A DNA stretch of 32,334 nucleotides from Myxococcales bacterium (lineage in GTDB: Bacteria; Myxococcota_A; Polyangia; Polyangiales; Polyangiaceae): the NCBI GenBank assembly GCA_043747615.1, contig JAYTOU010000069.1, forward strand, positions 1 through 32,334. Direction: 5' to 3'. The translations under genes were made by a program, and so were the position numbers. Below are positions 17,393 through 26,337 of this stretch, in pieces. Numbering within the stretch: position 1 is the stretch's first letter; every line of letters starts with the position of its first letter. The notes below the pieces were generated by a model. That model had not been told where the DNA came from and searched no databases. It saw nothing but the letters and a program-made list of their open reading frames with translations.

Positions 17393-18760
17393 ATGCCGAT
17401 CTTATTGTTGCTCCTGGGCGTGGCGACGTTCGCCGTTGTCGCGTCGAACGCGAATTACAAAAAGCCACCGCCACAGACCTTCACGCTCGACAGCAACATG
17501 CCCCCGGGCTTGAGAAACCAAGTCCTCGCGGCGCTCGTGAGCGAAAACGATCCGGCGAAGCTCGAGGCCTTCGCGGGGGCGCTCGCGTCCATCTATCCGC
17601 TCTCGGCATCGCAGCTCCACGCGAAAGCGAGCTCACTCGGGGGAAGGGGAGCCATGCCTGCCCCGCCGCTGCCTGCCGCGCCGCCGGGATCGTCGATTCT
17701 GGAAATTGGTCAGCTCCCCGAGCCCACGCGATCGCAGGTGCTCCAGCAGCTGGCGACGGGAAGCGATCCCGCGGCCATTGAAGCCTTCGCCAGCCAGCTC
17801 GCGGCGATCTCCCCCGCGGCGGCATCGGCGCTGCGCCTCCGCGCTTCCTTGCTCCGCAGTGTCCCCACGATGCCCGACGTGCCGCTACCAGCGGCCGCGC
17901 CTGACGCACTCCCGCCAGCGGCGGCCGCCGTCGTGCCGCCTTTTCAGGCCCCCCAAGTCCCCGCCCCTCAGGCCGCTCAGCAGGCCCCCCCTGCCGCGCC
18001 TACGTCGCCGGTTCCTCAAGCCCCCCTCGGCCTTCCTCCGGGGCTTGGTCTAGATCCTGGAATGCCTCCCGAGGTCGCCCAAGCGGTGATGAACGCCCTC
18101 GCGCGGGAAACGGATCCTGCGAAGCTTCGCGGATTTGCAGCGTCCCTCGCGGCGCACTTTCCGATCGCGGCGGCGCTCCTCACGGCGAAGGCGAGCACGT
18201 TGGGCCTGCTCATTCCACCTGCGTCCATGCCACCGCCGGGCTTCGTGGTGCCTGCATTCGCCCCGACGACGTCAGGCACGTACGTCGTTCAGTCCGGAGA
18301 TTTTCCGATCAAGATTGCAAAAAAACTCGTCCACGACGAAGCGCGATGGCCGGAGCTCGTCGCGGCGAATCCGACCAAGAAGCGCGCGCCGGACGGCAAC
18401 TTTCTAACGCTGCTACCGGGCGAGGTTCTTCAGCTCCCCGCGTCGTGGGGAGTCCCGCCCGCGTTCGAGGCGGTCAGCCTTCCGAGGGTCGGGCCGCCCA
18501 TGATGATGCCGCCGAGGATCGCGGGGATGTACGTCGTACAATCAGGCGATTTCCCCATCAAAATCGCTCAGAAGCTCGTTCACGACGGACACCGTTGGCC
18601 CGAGCTCATCGCCGCGAACCCCGCGAAGAAAAAAGCGCCCGATGGAAATTTCGCGAACCTTCAGCCCGGCGAAAAATTGCAGCTCCCCGCGTCCTGGCAA
18701 AGCGCACCACCCCCATTCTTGCTGAACCCAGGAGGACCCCATGACGCTGCGTCAGCATGA
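17393..18760 (+). CDS. Membrane-anchored protein with three helical repeats and two LysM domains
   Basis: N-terminal hydrophobic helix; three ~50-aa repeats (P..V..AL..E.DPAKL..FA..LA...P.AA..L..KAS.L); two YVVQSGDFPIKIA.KL...RWPEL.AANP...L.PGE.LQLP LysM repeats. Confidence 0.85.
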   Translation: MPILLLLLGVATFAVVASNANYKKPPPQTFTLDSNMPPGLRNQVLAALVSENDPAKLEAFAGALASIYPLSASQLHAKASSLGGRGAMPAPPLPAAPPGSSILEIGQLPEPTRSQVLQQLATGSDPAAIEAFASQLAAISPAAASALRLRASLLRSVPTMPDVPLPAAAPDALPPAAAAVVPPFQAPQVPAPQAAQQAPPAAPTSPVPQAPLGLPPGLGLDPGMPPEVAQAVMNALARETDPAKLRGFAASLAAHFPIAAALLTAKASTLGLLIPPASMPPPGFVVPAFAPTTSGTYVVQSGDFPIKIAKKLVHDEARWPELVAANPTKKRAPDGNFLTLLPGEVLQLPASWGVPPAFEAVSLPRVGPPMMMPPRIAGMYVVQSGDFPIKIAQKLVHDGHRWPELIAANPAKKKAPDGNFANLQPGEKLQLPASWQSAPPPFLLNPGGPHDAASA

Positions 18761-20033
18761 TTCCGTGCTCGCCGAAGGAACGTTCCGCATCGTGATGACC
18801 GACCAGCACCGCATCCTCGCGGTGCTCGACGCGCCGCACACGATGCTCGGCCCACTTCACTTGATGGTGGAGATCGACCGAGGCCTCCGGCATCGGCACT
18901 CGTTCGAATCCGACCGAGCGCGGCTCCTTCAAGCGCACGGCCACGCGGTTGGGTTTTCTTTCTCCGACATTGGCGACGCGATCGGGCATGCAGCCGAATC
19001 GACCTTCAACGCGGCGTCAAAGGTGGCGACGACGCTTGCACGTCCTGTGTTCAACGTGGCGAAGCATGCCGCGGCCGCCGGCGCTCACCTCATTGCATCG
19101 GCGACCCCGTTCCTTTCCGACGCCACGCGCCGGCACATCGAAGCGAGCGCGCGCATCATGGCGCGCGCTCGGCTGGGGGACGTCACGGCGAAGCAGTTCA
19201 TTCGCAACGTGGTGAACGCCGCGAAGGCCGGCGTGCACGCAGCCCGCGCGATCGCGGATTCGCTCGTGAGCGGCGCCCGGCTTGTCGCGCGAACCCTCGA
19301 TTTCCCCGTCCAGCTCCTGGGCCACGTCCCCGGCCTGGGTGGTTTCATGCACTCGATTTCACCGCTTCAAAAATTCGACAAGATGATGGGCAACCTTCAA
19401 CGGGGCGACTTCAAGGCTCTCACGAAGATGGTGAACGAGGACCTGAGCATGGCGCAGGGGATCATCTCGCTCATCCCAGGGATCGGCACCGGCATCAGCG
19501 CGGGGATTTCGGCAGGTCTTGCCGCACTCGAGGCCGGAAGCCCGCTCGAAGTCGTGCTTCGCACCGCCTACGGCGCGATCCCGATCCCGATCGGGATCCG
19601 GCAAATCACGGACGCCGTGCTCGACGGGGTCATCGCGCTGATCTTTCATCCCGGCGCAGTCACGGATGTGGTGATCGCCGCGGCGCGCGACGCCGTACCG
19701 AGCGGCTTTCCCCGCGACGTGTTCGACACGCTCGCGCAGCTCGTCGTCAAAAAGGTGCCGCTCAAGAAGGTTGCCGGCGGATTGGTCGATCACTATGTGA
19801 ACCAGTACGCGGGGGGAGCCGCGGCGCATTTTGGCGACGTGCTCGCCCACGCGGGCCCCATCGGTGAAATCGCATCGCACGCCGATCATCTCGCGCACTT
19901 TGCGGAGGCCTCGAAACACGCGGCGCACCTGGACGAGCTCACGAAGCAGGCCCACCGCTTCGCGAATCCTGCCTCCTTTCTGAACCACGAGGCGACGCGT
20001 CTCCTTCGCCCGATGCACTTGATGCCGGCATGA
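18741..20033 (+). CDS. Ala-rich helical protein, candidate DNA-delivery/pilot or membrane-penetration protein
   Basis: RBS ggagg; amphipathic VGFSFSDIGDAIGHAA segment; hydrophobic IISLIPGIGTGISAGISAGLAAL; His-rich tail. Confidence 0.6.
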   Translation: MTLRQHDSVLAEGTFRIVMTDQHRILAVLDAPHTMLGPLHLMVEIDRGLRHRHSFESDRARLLQAHGHAVGFSFSDIGDAIGHAAESTFNAASKVATTLARPVFNVAKHAAAAGAHLIASATPFLSDATRRHIEASARIMARARLGDVTAKQFIRNVVNAAKAGVHAARAIADSLVSGARLVARTLDFPVQLLGHVPGLGGFMHSISPLQKFDKMMGNLQRGDFKALTKMVNEDLSMAQGIISLIPGIGTGISAGISAGLAALEAGSPLEVVLRTAYGAIPIPIGIRQITDAVLDGVIALIFHPGAVTDVVIAAARDAVPSGFPRDVFDTLAQLVVKKVPLKKVAGGLVDHYVNQYAGGAAAHFGDVLAHAGPIGEIASHADHLAHFAEASKHAAHLDELTKQAHRFANPASFLNHEATRLLRPMHLMPA

Positions 20034-20740
20034 ACCGCATTGCCCGACAGCCCACGCGGCGCGAGCTCGCGGTGAACCACGGCGACAAAACGCACGTCAC
20101 GGGAAACGAGCAAAAGACGCTCGTCTGGATCAGCGTCGAAGAGTCGCGCGCGTGGACCGTCTATGCAACCGCTCGCGTCGAAGGTCCGGCCGCCTTTTTC
20201 TCGCGCGTGCAGCCGATCGTCACGATCGAATGGGGGCACGGCGGGGCTTCGATCGCGGGCGACTATCCGATCGAAAAACGACTGCGCGTGCCCCTTGCGG
20301 GGAGCATGGTGAAACTTTCGGCGAAGCTTATCGATCTCTCGACGGGTAAGGCGCCGCCGGCGTCGGTCTCATGTGAGATCACAGCCTTCATTGCCCCGGG
20401 CATCGACGGAGAGACGCTCCGTCCGTCGCGCTGGTCTGCCCAGACGGGGGCCTCGGGACTGGTGGCGGAAGGGCCTCAAAAGGTGCTTTCCCTCGACGGG
20501 TACAACGCAAAATCGGCGAAGCGGTGGGTCATGATGTTCGACGCCACGTCGCTTCCTCCAAGCGGCACCCTTCCGCTCATGGCCGCGCCCGCGCCCGGAT
20601 ACCCGGGTGTCTTTGCACTACGCCGTCCAGACACCCGCGGGTTTCTGAGCGGCGTCTTTTGGGCGGCGAGCTCGAGCCCGCTCACGCTGGCGTTCGACGC
20701 CGCCGCGAGCTTTCGGGTCGATGCGGAGGTCCTCCTGTGA
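20030..20740 (+). CDS. Two-domain beta-sandwich protein, candidate vertex/penton/spike
   Basis: Beta-rich throughout; the C-domain GPQKVLSLDGYN...RWVMMFDA...P..G..P...F.SGVFWAASS has a small jelly-roll-like pattern; ATGA and GTGA coupling on both sides. Confidence 0.55.
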   Translation: MNRIARQPTRRELAVNHGDKTHVTGNEQKTLVWISVEESRAWTVYATARVEGPAAFFSRVQPIVTIEWGHGGASIAGDYPIEKRLRVPLAGSMVKLSAKLIDLSTGKAPPASVSCEITAFIAPGIDGETLRPSRWSAQTGASGLVAEGPQKVLSLDGYNAKSAKRWVMMFDATSLPPSGTLPLMAAPAPGYPGVFALRRPDTRGFLSGVFWAASSSPLTLAFDAAASFRVDAEVLL

Positions 20741-21411
20741 CGGCCGCGATCGACCGGTACCTACGGAAGGCGGAGATCGCCCTCTCTGCTTGGCGCGATC
20801 TCTTTGGCGAGATGCCCACGCGCAATGCGCTCGTGCGCGTGATGTCGGTTGCGGAATTCGAAACGAAGATGGGCGATACCGGGCTCCATAACTGGGGCGG
20901 CGTCCAAAAGCGCGGCCTCCGCCCGGACGAGGCCTCCATCCTTCTCGGCCACGGCGTGTTTCCTTCAGGAGGCGACGAAGCACTCCGCTCCGCGCGAGGA
21001 CTCCTCAGGCAAGGGCCGAACGAGATTTTGGCGCGCGACACCTCACCTATCGTTGGTCCGTACTTCACCTGGTTCTGGTCGTTCGCTAGTGAGGTCGACG
21101 CCGCGAAGAAGTTTTTGGAAGTCCTCGTTGCGCAGCGCCCCGGTGTGCGCGCGATCCTTGGCCGCGCGAGTCCCGAGGAGCTCGCACGGGCCATGTACGC
21201 GAGCCGCTATTACGAGGGCTTCCACAAGGGCGATCCCGAAGCAAACATCCGCGACTACGCCCGCAATATCCGTGCGATCGGAGCCGCGATCGAAGCGGCG
21301 ATCACGGGGACGAAGCTGGCGGCCCCCAAGAGCGGCAGCAGCAGCAACGCGGGGATCTACGCTCTCTTTCTCGGACTCCTAGGGTTTGCTTTCGTGCGGA
21401 GCATCCGATGA
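20737..21411 (+). CDS. Membrane-anchored lysozyme-fold peptidoglycan hydrolase (GH73/FlgJ glucosaminidase-like)
   Basis: GTG start overlapping the previous stop; AEFETKMG (putative catalytic Glu), HNWGG, FWSFAS, A.AM...RYY; C-terminal TM GIYALFLGLLGFAFV. Confidence 0.65.
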   Translation: MTAAIDRYLRKAEIALSAWRDLFGEMPTRNALVRVMSVAEFETKMGDTGLHNWGGVQKRGLRPDEASILLGHGVFPSGGDEALRSARGLLRQGPNEILARDTSPIVGPYFTWFWSFASEVDAAKKFLEVLVAQRPGVRAILGRASPEELARAMYASRYYEGFHKGDPEANIRDYARNIRAIGAAIEAAITGTKLAAPKSGSSSNAGIYALFLGLLGFAFVRSIR

Positions 21412-21812
21412 GCGGCATCCTCCCGCGGTTTGTCCTGCCGGCGGACGTTCGCAGCCTGAAGGTGCGCCTCAATCCGGTCGTGCGTTCGCTCGCCGCGACC
21501 GCGGCCTCATGCGCCGGTCTCCCCGGACCGACGCGCTCTACGTGGAACGATTTCGCAACGTCGTGGCACGCCTACTTCGACGAAGAAGAGTCCTGGCTGC
21601 ACACGGCCGCGCAAATGGACGCCGGCGAAGCCTACGAGCGGCAGATCGCCGACTGGCAGCGCTTTCTATCCGCGGCTTCGTGTGCGCTCAGCGGTCCCCA
21701 GATCACGCCTCGTTCCTCAACCCCTGACGAGCATCAGGACACGATCCGAACGGTCGCCATCGCCGGTGCGGTGATTGCCGTGGTCGTGGGAATCCGATCG
21801 GTCATGCGATGA
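21408..21812 (+). CDS. Small protein with C-terminal TM helix (candidate virion membrane protein)
   Basis: ATGA-coupled; TM VAIAGAVIAVVVGI followed by basic residues. Confidence 0.75.
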   Translation: MSGILPRFVLPADVRSLKVRLNPVVRSLAATAASCAGLPGPTRSTWNDFATSWHAYFDEEESWLHTAAQMDAGEAYERQIADWQRFLSAASCALSGPQITPRSSTPDEHQDTIRTVAIAGAVIAVVVGIRSVMR

Positions 21813-22651
21813 AACAGCTCTCCGAAAGTTCCGTGGATCTCGCGCGCTGGGTGCGTGAACAAATCGAAAGCGGATGTGTGCGCGTTGCGCTTCGTCAAAA
21901 GACCGTGGACGCCGAGCAGCACGTGCGGGAGTGGGGTCTCAAAGACCTCGGCGACGTCGACGAGTTTATCGAACAAGTTCAAGAGTGCGCGCACGCCGAC
22001 AGTCGTAATTTCCGAGGACCCACGCTCTACGGTCTCTTTTCGTACCGGGAGGGAGGTCCCAAACGCCACGTGAGCCGCACCCTCATTCGCATCGCGGGGC
22101 AGGGGTTCCATGACGTGGTGGGCGAGACGGAGCCCGCGGATGCGCGCGGCCTGACGTCCCAAATGATGCGGCACACGGAGATGGCATCGCGCATCGCCCT
22201 CGGCCACACGCAGGAAATCATCGCGCACTACCAGCATCTTCTCGAAGCGCGCGACAAGCGCATCGAGGAGCTCGAGTCGCGCCATTACAAGGTGCTTGAG
22301 CTCCACGAGCGCCTCTCGTCGATGCAGCACGAACGCGACATGGAGATGGTGCGCGCGCAGCAGTCGGACAAGCGCACCGAGTTCATCAAAGAAAAACTCG
22401 ACGTGCTCGCCCCCGTGCTCATCAACAAGTTCGTGAAAGGGGAAGGGGGCCCGGCCCTTGGCGAAGAGATGATGAGGCAGCTCCTCGGCTCACTCACGCC
22501 GAAGCAGATGGAGACGATCACCGGATCCCTACAGGTTGAGCAGGGGATCCTGCTGAACGAGGTCTACCAAGCCTATGGAAAGCGCGAAGTCGCGAAGGAA
22601 GCAGCAAAGAAGAATGAGAACGGCCACAGCAACGGCGCTGCCGGTCACTAA
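21809..22651 (+). CDS. Hypothetical protein with central coiled coil
   Basis: ATGA-coupled 280-aa ORF; heptad-rich LLEARDKRIEELESRH...ERL segment. Confidence 0.75.
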   Translation: MKQLSESSVDLARWVREQIESGCVRVALRQKTVDAEQHVREWGLKDLGDVDEFIEQVQECAHADSRNFRGPTLYGLFSYREGGPKRHVSRTLIRIAGQGFHDVVGETEPADARGLTSQMMRHTEMASRIALGHTQEIIAHYQHLLEARDKRIEELESRHYKVLELHERLSSMQHERDMEMVRAQQSDKRTEFIKEKLDVLAPVLINKFVKGEGGPALGEEMMRQLLGSLTPKQMETITGSLQVEQGILLNEVYQAYGKREVAKEAAKKNENGHSNGAAGH

Positions 22652-22660
22652 TCAGGAGGC

Positions 22661-22846
22661 GTGATGGATCCCAAGAAGAAGATTTTGGAGCAGCGTGGAC
22701 GAGAAGTATCGAAGGCGGGCCGGATGTTTTTCAACGCCGTCTTCGGCGACTCGGAGAAGTTTGTGCGCGACCTCGGTGAAGAGGGCGATCGCGAGAACGC
22801 GCTCACCGTCGAAGAGCGCGACGACAGCAAGGGGCGGGGCGAATGA
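22661..22846 (+). CDS. Small hypothetical protein
   Basis: RBS aggagg; stop overlaps the next start (ATGA). Confidence 0.6.
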   Translation: MMDPKKKILEQRGREVSKAGRMFFNAVFGDSEKFVRDLGEEGDRENALTVEERDDSKGRGE

Positions 22847-23148
22847 AAGCGAAGCTCCTGAAGACGTTTCGAAAGCTGGAAGGCGGAAAGTTCGGCTACC
22901 TCGACGTCATCGCGCGAAACCCGCGGACGCTCGAGCTCGCGCTGGGTGACGACTTCGTACGCTGTTCGCGGAAAGACGTCGCAGATCTCGCCCTCGTGCT
23001 TGGAGACTGGCTTGAGGACACGACCACGGAGGAGACGCTCGAGCGGGCCTCGCGCGCAGAGGCCGTGGTCGTTGCGGAAACGATCATCGGAGAGGCGGCA
23101 CGTCCCTCGCGGGTACGCGGACGTGGTCGACGCGCCGACGCGGACTGA
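22843..23148 (+). CDS. Hypothetical protein
   Basis: Coupled in the operon; 101 aa with a basic tail. Confidence 0.65.
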   Translation: MKAKLLKTFRKLEGGKFGYLDVIARNPRTLELALGDDFVRCSRKDVADLALVLGDWLEDTTTEETLERASRAEAVVVAETIIGEAARPSRVRGRGRRADAD

Positions 23149-23150
23149 CC

Positions 23151-23876
23151 ATGATGACCCGGAAGCAGGCGGCGGAGGATCGGCGTCGATTGTGGCGAGA
23201 CATCGAACGGGGGCATCGTCGCGAGGCCAAAGAAAAGCTCGCCTCCCTTCGCGGGCAGATTCGTGCGGCACGTATCCAGCGAAAAGGGGCGATGAAGGAT
23301 GCTGCGGAGCGCTGCCGCGCCGAGCGCATCGGCGCTCGGGAGCGCGCTCGGCTTCTCCGTGTCCGTGCGCTCGAGCAGCTACGCGACGCGATGAAGGCCG
23401 AGCGCTTGTCAGCGCGAAGCGCGTGCACGCTCCGTAAGGGCGAGGTGCGCAGCACGAGCGCCGGCGACGTTGCTCGTCGCCGCGGCGAGCTCGCGGCCGA
23501 GAAGAAATACCAGTCCGATCTCCGGCGCATCAACCGCTCGAACGCGACTCGCCGAGGTGATCGGCCACGCGCAACATCGAGCGAGCGTCGAAGTGAATCG
23601 GACGATGAGGTTCGGGCCAATATTTCCCCCGAGTTCATGATTCTCTTTGAGCGCGTAAAGCGTTCGATCAAGGCGAGCTCGCGCCAGACGCGGACCGAAG
23701 CATTTTTCAAGTACGTCGAAGACCATCCGCACGAATTGCTCCAGGTCCTCGATGATCAGACGGAAAAACTGGTTCGTGATCTCGAGCGACAGGAGCGTGA
23801 GATGGTGCGAGCCGCTCGACGACCAACTCCGCGCGTGGGGTACTCTCCGGCGCAAGAGAGCGAGGTGCCGTTTTGA
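23151..23876 (+). CDS. Highly Arg-rich helical protein (candidate nucleic-acid-binding/condensing protein)
   Basis: Very high Arg content over the first ~150 aa; globular C-terminus SDDEVRANI...RTEAFFKYVEDHP; ends in EVPF. Confidence 0.7.
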   Translation: MMTRKQAAEDRRRLWRDIERGHRREAKEKLASLRGQIRAARIQRKGAMKDAAERCRAERIGARERARLLRVRALEQLRDAMKAERLSARSACTLRKGEVRSTSAGDVARRRGELAAEKKYQSDLRRINRSNATRRGDRPRATSSERRSESDDEVRANISPEFMILFERVKRSIKASSRQTRTEAFFKYVEDHPHELLQVLDDQTEKLVRDLERQEREMVRAARRPTPRVGYSPAQESEVPF

Positions 23877-24127
23877 AAGAAGGACTGGAAGATGCCGCGG
23901 ATGTCGGGAGCACGTTTGCTCGCCTTTTTGATGAAGCGCGGGCCGTGCTTGAGGAGCTGAAAGACGAGACGTGTGATCCGACGAACCCGGCGGACGCGTG
24001 CGCTTTCGGGGCACTGCAGATGTACCGCTATCTCACCGATGATGACGATGGGGCCGAGCGCGAGACGGCGCGAATTCTAGGACTCTTCGCTCTCGCGGCT
24101 TCGAAGGGGGAAGCGAGCAAAGCGTAG
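23873..24127 (+). CDS. Small acidic hypothetical protein
   Basis: TTGA overlap with the previous stop; last gene of the operon. Confidence 0.55.
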   Translation: MKEGLEDAADVGSTFARLFDEARAVLEELKDETCDPTNPADACAFGALQMYRYLTDDDDGAERETARILGLFALAASKGEASKA

Positions 24128-24609
24128 TTCCACCCCGATCCCGATCGCGGAGAGGGACGCCACGCGCTCAAGCAAGTGGATCTGAGGGCTCCTCGCTCTC
24201 GCCGCTGCGAAGGGAGCCGAGGTCCACTCCCATCGGCCGAAAGTGGTGGTCGGTTTCGCCCGCGGAGGCCAGGTCGGCTCTAAAAAAAACGAGGGGCGGT
24301 CGATTTCCCGCAACCGTCCTGATGCGTGGCCGATGGGAGCATGCCAATGCTCGTCTCCAACCGCACTTCCGTTCTCCGTGAGATCTCGACCGCAGCCTTT
24401 AGGCCTTTAGGCTGCAAAACAGAGGGACACGTACGGGCGAGTCGGACTGAAGATCGTTCGCGCGCTGATTCGCCGTTGACCCATTTGCGTGCAGCGCAGA
24501 CGCTCGCTCTACGCTTGGCCTCAGTCTTACCGTGGGTCTGACATTGGGACGTGAGCATCCTCTCCGCGACGTAGGGGACTTGGTCGGTGGACGAGAATTA
24601 AGGGGGCAC

Positions 24610-26337
24610 ATGGTCATTCAAGGATTTCGTATCAAGGCGAAGGCGAACGACAGGCGCTGGCGGCGGATCGGGGTCATCACGTTGGGCTCGATGAGCCTCG
24701 CGCTCCTCCGATGCTCCCCGACGCCTCCACCAACACCGCCGCCCGCAATGCTCGAGGTTTGGCATACTGACTCGAATGGGAACAAGGAGCGCGTCTTCGC
24801 CAGGGATCTACCGGGCTACAATGCTGCCTTCGGTAACGGTGAACTCGAGGTCGTGCCGCTCCTACCGCTCTTCGACGTGGCGACGCAGTCTTCTCCAATG
24901 AGTATCGAGTTTCTGCGCAACCTGGCGAACCCGCGCTATTTACCCCCTGGCGGGTACTTCACGAAATTCAAAAATCAAGCAGACGTCCTTGCCTTCGCCC
25001 GTGATCCGCAGGAAATTTTCGACACCCTTCGGGGCCTCACGGACGACGATTTCGGATGGCAACAGAACACCTCCCTGTCGTTCTTTCCGAACGTTGTTGG
25101 GATAGCTTCCCCCAACCGATTTGGAGCGTACTTCGCTGCTGCGCCAACACCCGAAGGGGATTTTTTCCCGTTCTACACTTCCAATCCGCCCCAAGACACG
25201 GCTGCATCGCCGCTGGGAAGCGGCAGCATCAAGGCAATCCGAGTATATCAAAGGGGCCTCTGCTCAGCGGTTCAACCCCTCGGAGGAATCATCAGCACGG
25301 TCGCCAACAATTTCGTGAGCTCGTTCATCGACCCGAAAGGGACCGTGTGCAGCGGTCACCCCATTGGCACCACACTAAGTGGAACCGTTTTTTACACGAA
25401 CGCGACTTCCTATCTGGCGCACAATGAAGGGCAGATCGGGGACTTGCGAGGAGGTTTTCGCTTGGCAAGCGGACTCCAGGTCTATGACCGCTCAGGATTC
25501 GTGAATTCGTGCAGCGCAAACTTTAACGAGGGATACCAGCTGGGTCTGACGGATGGACGGCTGAGCGCATTCCCTGAGTCCCCACCAAGAATTAACGCGC
25601 AAGGAAACCGCGTACTGTGCACAGGGTTCGGCCCCTACGGCGGCGTGGTCGACACGCTTTTCCAAGGGTTGCTCTTCGACATCCCGAATGGGATCTTGGG
25701 TGGATCTACCGACCAACAAAGCTATCCGGGAGGAAACGACGGACCCGATGTGTCGCCATTCGGCTCCTGCGATCCGGCCGCGTTCGATCCGTGCTCCAGC
25801 GCGACACGGACGCTAGAGCGCGGGATTTTTGTGGGCGGCGACACGCAGGGCTTGAGCCGTACTGAAGAGGCCCAACTTGTCGCGGTAGCCAGCCGGCGCG
25901 ACGTAAACGAAGTGCTCACCAATTGGCGTTGCGTCAACAGGCCCTTTGGACCGACGGTCAACCCTGACACGTGCGCCGTGACTCCAGGCCACGACAGTTA
26001 TCGCTGCGAATATCTGGTGAAAGCGACGCGGATTAACGTCTTGCCAGCGGAGGTTGAGCTCGTCTTTTTTGACGATGTAAAGCAGTTCAACGCTGAGGCA
26101 CTGCCGCTCTATTACGCCTCCTTTGCCAGCACGGATCCGACAAAGCCACCCCCCGGGCCCGGTGCTTTGTGCAGCCGACGGCCTAACGATAATCCCTTCG
26201 TCGACGATCACGGTCCCGTGATCTTCACCACGGCATTCGCCAACGTTCATCATCCGCTCGAGCTCTGTCAGGGTCCATTTCCGCCACCTCCACCCTGTGT
26301 CCCAAGGAGGGGAAATGCGCCTAACACCGCTTTCTAG
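24610..26337 (+). CDS. Large exported (possibly lipid-anchored) Cys-containing protein of unknown function
   Basis: RBS aaggggg before ATG 24610; basic then hydrophobic N-terminus ending LALLRC-S and a Pro linker; visibly lower GC than the backbone. Confidence 0.75.
   Translation: MVIQGFRIKAKANDRRWRRIGVITLGSMSLALLRCSPTPPPTPPPAMLEVWHTDSNGNKERVFARDLPGYNAAFGNGELEVVPLLPLFDVATQSSPMSIEFLRNLANPRYLPPGGYFTKFKNQADVLAFARDPQEIFDTLRGLTDDDFGWQQNTSLSFFPNVVGIASPNRFGAYFAAAPTPEGDFFPFYTSNPPQDTAASPLGSGSIKAIRVYQRGLCSAVQPLGGIISTVANNFVSSFIDPKGTVCSGHPIGTTLSGTVFYTNATSYLAHNEGQIGDLRGGFRLASGLQVYDRSGFVNSCSANFNEGYQLGLTDGRLSAFPESPPRINAQGNRVLCTGFGPYGGVVDTLFQGLLFDIPNGILGGSTDQQSYPGGNDGPDVSPFGSCDPAAFDPCSSATRTLERGIFVGGDTQGLSRTEEAQLVAVASRRDVNEVLTNWRCVNRPFGPTVNPDTCAVTPGHDSYRCEYLVKATRINVLPAEVELVFFDDVKQFNAEALPLYYASFASTDPTKPPPGPGALCSRRPNDNPFVDDHGPVIFTTAFANVHHPLELCQGPFPPPPPCVPRRGNAPNTAF

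Noticed and set aside
15801..24127. Tailed phage, gene transfer agent or contractile injection system (prompted by the LysM domains)
   Set aside because: No recognisable HK97 capsid, portal, terminase, sheath, tube, baseplate or VgrG-like genes.
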